From: an uncultured Candidatus Saccharibacteria bacterium
Lineage (GTDB): Bacteria; Patescibacteriota; Minisyncoccia; Phycocordibacterales; Phycocordibacteraceae
Assembly (NCBI GenBank): GCA_964469405.1
Contig: CAYXYP010000001.1
Location: 36,782 to 100,781, forward strand
DNA length: 64,000 nucleotides
Direction: 5' to 3'
The notes under the pieces were generated by a model, which was given only the letters and a program-made list of their open reading frames with translations, was not told where the DNA came from and did no database searches. Positions within the stretch are counted from its first letter, which is position 1. Each line of letters starts with the position of its first letter. The position numbers and the translations under genes were made by a program. Of the stretch, positions 59,431 through 64,000 are shown in pieces.

Positions 59431-59781
59431 TTAAAAAGTAAGACCGCCCGCACGAGCAGCATCAGCAAGAGCTTTGACTTGACCGCCGTAGCGATATCCA
59501 CCGCGATCAAACACGATAGCAACAATCCCAGCCACCTTGGCCTTCTTAGCGATTGCCGCTCCAACAGACGTCGCCTGTACGGACTGTGGTCCCTTAAATT
59601 CGCGTCCGTGCGATGCGGCGACTGTATTCCCTGCCGTATCATCGATGAGCTGTGCCGAGACGAATCGATTGCTCCGGTAGACGGCGAGACGAGGGCGCTC
59701 TGCAGTACCTTTGATCTGCGCACGCACCCGCGCATGGCGGCGCTTGCGGAGTTCACTATTTGTTGCGGGTGTGTGTTTCAT
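59431..59781 (-). CDS. rplR: ribosomal protein L18
   Basis: L18 signature; operon order. Confidence 0.9.
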   Translation of the reverse strand: MKHTPATNSELRKRRHARVRAQIKGTAERPRLAVYRSNRFVSAQLIDDTAGNTVAASHGREFKGPQSVQATSVGAAIAKKAKVAGIVAIVFDRGGYRYGGQVKALADAARAGGLTF

Positions 59782-59799
59782 AATTTTGTATGCTCTATT

Positions 59800-60330
59800 T
59801 TATACAGCTTTCTTACCCTGCTTGCGACGTATGACTTCGTCGTCGTAGCGGATACCTTTACCGAGATATGGTTCCGGCGGCTTTATGCGTCGAATATCTG
59901 CCGCAAATTGCCCAACCGACTCTTTATTTGCACCCTCGATCTTGATTATATTCTTTTCTACTGTTGCCGTGACATCCTCTGGGATTTTAAGCGCGACCGT
60001 ATGAGAAAATCCGACCGTGAGAACAACATCACTCCCTTTAACCTCGACGCGGTAGCCCACTCCTTCGAGGATAAGCTTCCTCGTATAGCGATTTTCAACC
60101 CCTTGCACCATGTTCTTCACATGAGAAGCGAAGGTGCCGATAAGCATCCTGCCAAGACGAGAACGGTCCTTCGTGGTAATTAAAACACCTGTCGCATCAA
60201 CCGCAATATCAACTGAAGGATGCACGCGCTTGGTAAGCGTACCTTTCGATCCCTTCACCGTGAGCGTACCTCCCGCTACCGATACATCAGCTTTCCCTAC
60301 CGCTATTGATTTTTTTGCAAGTCGGCTCAT
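59800..60330 (-). CDS. rplF: ribosomal protein L6
   Basis: Start at internal Met (MSRLAKK). Confidence 0.9.
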   Translation of the reverse strand: MSRLAKKSIAVGKADVSVAGGTLTVKGSKGTLTKRVHPSVDIAVDATGVLITTKDRSRLGRMLIGTFASHVKNMVQGVENRYTRKLILEGVGYRVEVKGSDVVLTVGFSHTVALKIPEDVTATVEKNIIKIEGANKESVGQFAADIRRIKPPEPYLGKGIRYDDEVIRRKQGKKAV

Positions 60331-60334
60331 ATGA

Positions 60335-60739
60335 TTACCAAATTTCAAAAAGTTCCTCGCCCCCGTATCGGTTTTTACGTGCCTCTGTGTCTGAAATGAT
60401 ACCCGCCGAGGAGGAAAATATGCGTGCTCCCGTACCACCCTTCACTTTGTGTGCAGCTGTATACGGAGCATAGAGACGGCGACCAGGTTTCGAAATTCTC
60501 TTCACACCGCGCAGCCGTGCATGATCCTGCTCATCGTAGGCAAGCGTCGCAACAAACATCCTCTTTACCTCTTCGCCTTCCTTGATCTTCGTCTCGACAT
60601 GGGTCAGGAAGCCAAGCTCTTTGAGTTTCTTTGCAATGGCAACGAGGTGGGCTGAATATGGCACCGGAACTTCGCGCGCACCGATAAGGGCAGCGTTCTG
60701 GAGACGGATTATAAAATCACCGACGCGGTCAGTTACCAT
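60335..60739 (-). CDS. rpsH: ribosomal protein S8
   Basis: Start at internal Met (MVTDRVGDF). Confidence 0.9.
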   Translation of the reverse strand: MVTDRVGDFIIRLQNAALIGAREVPVPYSAHLVAIAKKLKELGFLTHVETKIKEGEEVKRMFVATLAYDEQDHARLRGVKRISKPGRRLYAPYTAAHKVKGGTGARIFSSSAGIISDTEARKNRYGGEELFEIW

Positions 60740-61002
60740 GATGCTTTCTTTACACCCGGGATCTTCCCTTCGCGGGCGAGCTCGCGGAACTGAATGCGCG
60801 AGAGACCGAAGACCTGCATATAGCCACGGGAACGACCGGTAATCGCGCAACGGCTTTTGAGGCGTACGGGCGATGAATTTCTCGGAAGCTTTTGAAGGCC
60901 GAAAGTGTCGCCAGCCAACTTCAAAGCAGCACGCTTTACAGCGTACTTCTTCACAAGTTTGATCTTCTTGGCGTATCGCGCCAGCTGGGACTTTTTAGCC
61001 AT
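60733..61002 (-). CDS. rpsN: ribosomal protein S14
   Basis: '...[39 protein letters not shown]'. Confidence 0.85.
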   Translation of the reverse strand: MAKKSQLARYAKKIKLVKKYAVKRAALKLAGDTFGLQKLPRNSSPVRLKSRCAITGRSRGYMQVFGLSRIQFRELAREGKIPGVKKASW

Positions 61003-61061
61003 AAGTAAAAAATAAAGCTCCGAAGAGCGTGTGAGTAATGTATCACTTAGGTATTCTTGCG

Positions 61062-61613
61062 TCAAACCTTTGGCTGATTGCCGAACGTTTGCTGTAGCAG
61101 CTTACGTTTTTCCTGTCTATTGAAAAGCATAATCCACACAATGATGGCGACGCTAGCGAGAATGAGGACAATACCAGAAATCGTCGGTAGTTGGACAATT
61201 CCAGTTAGAAGCATGACAGCGACGCCACTTTTGTACCATTTTTTCAGCAAGAGGAACAGGCTTGCCGCGGTACCTATGTATCCCAAACCAGCTGCGTAAC
61301 CAGCTATATCCCCAAATATTCCCTTTGTGAAGGAAAAAGCGGCCTGAAGCATGAAAAGAAGGATAAGTACATAGACTATCTTCACCGTCTGGGGAGAATC
61401 CTCATCACTTCCAAGCGTGCCACCTTTGAATTGTTGATACGTTCTCTTTAAAAGAGAACGCCAATAAATTACAGCCGCCCGTATGAAAAGTCCGGCGAGT
61501 AGCGCAATAGAGACGCCACCAACGACTTGTATTGCCACGATTGTATTGTGATCATACATTTTATCACCTAAATAATACATCGAAACGTCACGCCCGTTCG
61601 CACTTATCCACAC
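61062..61613 (-). CDS. 4-TM hypothetical membrane protein inserted within the spc ribosomal operon
   Basis: Hydrophobic 183-aa ORF between rpsN and rplE, same strand. Confidence 0.5.
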   Translation of the reverse strand: MWISANGRDVSMYYLGDKMYDHNTIVAIQVVGGVSIALLAGLFIRAAVIYWRSLLKRTYQQFKGGTLGSDEDSPQTVKIVYVLILLFMLQAAFSFTKGIFGDIAGYAAGLGYIGTAASLFLLLKKWYKSGVAVMLLTGIVQLPTISGIVLILASVAIIVWIMLFNRQEKRKLLQQTFGNQPKV

Positions 61614-61619
61614 CTACTT

Positions 61620-62189
61620 TCACAAAAGGGTTGAACCTTTTTTGCTAGCGCCTGAGTCAACGATAAGCGGCATACCGAGATGACGGAAGAAAGCCTCGGC
61701 CTCGGCCTTCCCTTTTGCAGTAGTAACGATAGTAATAGCGAAACCGAAGACATCCTTAAGATCTTCATCGCTCGTTTCCGGAAAGATTGTGTTCTCTTTG
61801 ATACCAACGGTAAGATTACCCATTTCGTCAATCGCTGAAGCCTTCAGTCCGCGGAAGTCGCGAGTACGAGGGAGTGCGATGTGGATGAGCTTGTCGATGA
61901 AGTCATACATTCGTGCACCGCGGAGCGTGACTTGGAGGCCGACGGTATCGCCCTCACGCACCTTGAACGAAGCAATGGAGAGGCGTGCGGGACGAGGTGC
62001 AGGCTTCTGTCCGGTGATCTTCGTAAGACGATCTTGAATGAGCTCAAGCTGTTTCTTGTCTCGCTTCTTCCCAACGCCCGAAGACACGATGATTTTCTGA
62101 ATACGTGGGCTCTGCATCGAACTCGTATAACCGAACGTTTCCGCAAGTGCGAGATAGGCTGACTGCTGGCGCTGTTTGGTAATAGACAT
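61620..62189 (-). CDS. rplE: ribosomal protein L5
   Basis: L5 signature. Confidence 0.9.
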   Translation of the reverse strand: MSITKQRQQSAYLALAETFGYTSSMQSPRIQKIIVSSGVGKKRDKKQLELIQDRLTKITGQKPAPRPARLSIASFKVREGDTVGLQVTLRGARMYDFIDKLIHIALPRTRDFRGLKASAIDEMGNLTVGIKENTIFPETSDEDLKDVFGFAITIVTTAKGKAEAEAFFRHLGMPLIVDSGASKKGSTLL

Positions 62190-62191
62190 AA

Positions 62192-62410
62192 TTATTTTCC
62201 GCTACGTTTTACATTCGATGCGTTAATCGGGCGTGGGCGCTCGACGATACGACCAACCTGCCCTGTGCGACCCTTCATGTGACGCTTGAAGAGCGCAACA
62301 CCCTCGACAACAACTTTGTTCTCTTTCGGCAACGCGCGGACGACCGGACCGGACTTGCCCTTGTCCTTGCCTGCGATCACTTTCACGATATCTCCTTTTT
62401 TTACATGCAT
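62192..62410 (-). CDS. rplX: ribosomal protein L24 (short form)
   Basis: '[19 protein letters not shown]' KOW motif. Confidence 0.85.
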   Translation of the reverse strand: MHVKKGDIVKVIAGKDKGKSGPVVRALPKENKVVVEGVALFKRHMKGRTGQVGRIVERPRPINASNVKRSGK

Positions 62411-62420
62411 ACCAAAAAAA

Positions 62421-62798
62421 TTAAACGACTTCGGGTGCGAGGGAGATAATAGAGTGCCAGCCAAGCTCGGAAAGTTCGCGTGGCACCGGACCGAAGATGC
62501 GATTCCCTTTCGGAGCCATCTCCTTCCCTTGCTTCTCGATAAGTACGACTGCGTTTTCATCAAAACGAATGTATGAGCCATCCTTACGACCGAACGGCTT
62601 GACCTGTCGCACGACAACAGCGCGAAATACATCTTTCTTCTTCACTGCTTTGCGAGGTTCGGCAGTCTGTATAGAGACGACGACGACGTCCCCGATCTCC
62701 GCATAGCGGCGCTGACTTCCGCCGAGCACCTTGAAAATGCGGGCGACTTTACCGCCGGAATTGTCTGCGACCATAACGATGGATTGAGGTTGCAACAT
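62421..62798 (-). CDS. rplN: ribosomal protein L14
   Basis: '[17 protein letters not shown]'. Confidence 0.9.
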   Translation of the reverse strand: MLQPQSIVMVADNSGGKVARIFKVLGGSQRRYAEIGDVVVVSIQTAEPRKAVKKKDVFRAVVVRQVKPFGRKDGSYIRFDENAVVLIEKQGKEMAPKGNRIFGPVPRELSELGWHSIISLAPEVV

Positions 62799-62799
62799 A

Positions 62800-63075
62800 T
62801 TAATTATTCTCGCTCTCCGTAGACACCGTCTTCGTAGGGTCGATGGCGAAATGCTTCAGTTTGGAAATAGGGCGTGTGGCGACAATCGTGACGGTATCGC
62901 CCACTTTTACCGTATTGCCTGGATCGTGTGCAAGGTATTTCTTCGAACGTACGAAATATTTCTTGTACTTCGCATTTTTTACGTAACGATCGACTTTGAC
63001 CGTGGCAGTATCCTTCATCGCCGTCTTTACGACGACGCCGATGAATGATTGGGGACGAATAATTTTTTGTTCCAT
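62800..63075 (-). CDS. rpsQ: ribosomal protein S17
   Basis: S17 OB-fold signature. Confidence 0.9.
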   Translation of the reverse strand: MEQKIIRPQSFIGVVVKTAMKDTATVKVDRYVKNAKYKKYFVRSKKYLAHDPGNTVKVGDTVTIVATRPISKLKHFAIDPTKTVSTESENN

Positions 63076-63080
63076 ATAAT

Positions 63081-63278
63081 TTATGCGGCGAGAACGCGAG
63101 CATGTTGCTCGGTAAGCATCCGCGCGATTTTTGTACGGAGCTTCCCCTTAGCATTCGGGTCCTTGGCACGTGCCCCAGCAGCAGAAAAGCGCTCTGTGCG
63201 GAGTTCAGCACGAGTTTCAGTGAGAAGCTTGAGAAGCTCCTGATCGGTTTTGGTCTTCATGTTATCTTTTTTTGTCAT
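63081..63278 (-). CDS. rpmC: ribosomal protein L29
   Basis: 65-aa helical protein; operon position. Confidence 0.85.
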   Translation of the reverse strand: MTKKDNMKTKTDQELLKLLTETRAELRTERFSAAGARAKDPNAKGKLRTKIARMLTEQHARVLAA

Positions 63279-63299
63279 ACAAATAGGAAAAAAGCAATC

Positions 63300-63722
63300 T
63301 TAACGGCGCGCGATTATTGAAGTAGTAACCGGCAATTTCATGCCAGCCTGTCGAAGATGCGCCCGAGCAATGTCTTCGGGAACACCATCAAGCTCGAAAA
63401 GTACGCGGCCCGGACGTACCTCAAAGACGTAGTGTTTTGGATCGCCTTTACCGCTACCCATGCCGACCTCTGCAGGCTTAGCGGTCACTGGTCGGTCGGG
63501 GAAAATACGGACCCACATCTTGCCTGATTTTGAAATTGCGCGCGCAAGCACCTTACGTGCCGATTCAATCTGATTACTCGTGACACGTGCACTCGAGAGC
63601 GCCTTAATAGCGAAAGAGCCGAACACAATCGTCGTGCCACGTGTATCAGGACGCGCGAGACGCTTGTCGCTCTTGCGCTGCGTCTGCCACTTACGGTGCT
63701 TTACTTTCTTAGGGAACATCAT
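63300..63722 (-). CDS. rplP: ribosomal protein L16
   Basis: 'MMFPKKVKHRK' signature. Confidence 0.9.
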   Translation of the reverse strand: MMFPKKVKHRKWQTQRKSDKRLARPDTRGTTIVFGSFAIKALSSARVTSNQIESARKVLARAISKSGKMWVRIFPDRPVTAKPAEVGMGSGKGDPKHYVFEVRPGRVLFELDGVPEDIARAHLRQAGMKLPVTTSIIARR

Positions 63723-63733
63723 GGTAGGAAATA

Positions 63734-64000
63734 TTAGCTATGGGCCGGCGTGGTTTCCGTCAAACGTACCGGGGTCTTCTTATCCTGGTACACATTACCG
63801 CGATAAATCCAAACCTTGATACCTACGACTCCATAGGGCAGATATGCTTGCTCATGAGCGAAGTCGATATCGGCACGAAATGTCTGGAGTGGAATACGAC
63901 CTTTCTTGGCCTCTTCCTTTCGGCTCATTTCTGCACCGCCAAGCCTTCCTGAGAGCGCGATGCGTACGCCTTCGACCTCGCGTACCGCAATAACCTTCTC
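63734..64000 (-). CDS. rpsC: ribosomal protein S3, C-terminal part (truncated at window edge)
   Basis: C-terminal S3 sequence ending at 63734; ORF open to the window end. Confidence 0.85.
   Translation of the reverse strand, partial: EKVIAVREVEGVRIALSGRLGGAEMSRKEEAKKGRIPLQTFRADIDFAHEQAYLPYGVVGIKVWIYRGNVYQDKKTPVRLTETTPAHS

Overview
The window looks like a chromosomal segment from a small-genome, CPR/Patescibacteria-like bacterium. The right half carries a ribosomal-protein (spc) operon with rpsE directly followed by rplO, so no L30 gene. The ~11.7-kb insertion, the mid-window operon and the housekeeping flanks are these.

- **Accessory island (~2.5-14.2 kb).** It sits beside a tRNA whose anticodon loop is interrupted by a ~218-nt group I intron. 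Its cargo is:
  - a PD-(D/E)xK nuclease-like gene;
  - a phage-type ParB-nuclease/DNA-methyltransferase fusion plus a terminase-small-subunit-like HTH protein;
  - a retron-type reverse transcriptase fused to a trypsin-like serine protease, with a candidate upstream msr/msd-like ncRNA;
  - a three-gene DpnII/MboI-like restriction-modification cassette (Dam-like MTase, REase, second MTase);
  - a large serine recombinase;
  - an XRE/ImmA regulatory pair;
  - two unknown cargo genes.
  Related short repeats (GGCGGTACTGTAC and GGGGGCCGG, the latter equal to the tRNA 3' end) occur at both ends.
- **Middle of the window.** A complete type IV pilus operon with comFC: pilM-N-O, pilB, a response regulator, pilT, pilC, two tandem pilin paralogs, pilD and several minor pilins. 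Two minor-pilin genes share a conserved ~90-bp repeated leader. A MacAB-like ABC export system follows.
- **Housekeeping flanks.** ligA-gatC-gatA, tRNA-Ser, groES/EL, secG, an oligopeptide-binding protein, RNase J, mutY/nth, msrAB, two nucleases, and infC-rpmI-rplT.

No CRISPR array or rRNA gene was seen. Coordinates of internal start codons are my estimates and may be off by a few nt.
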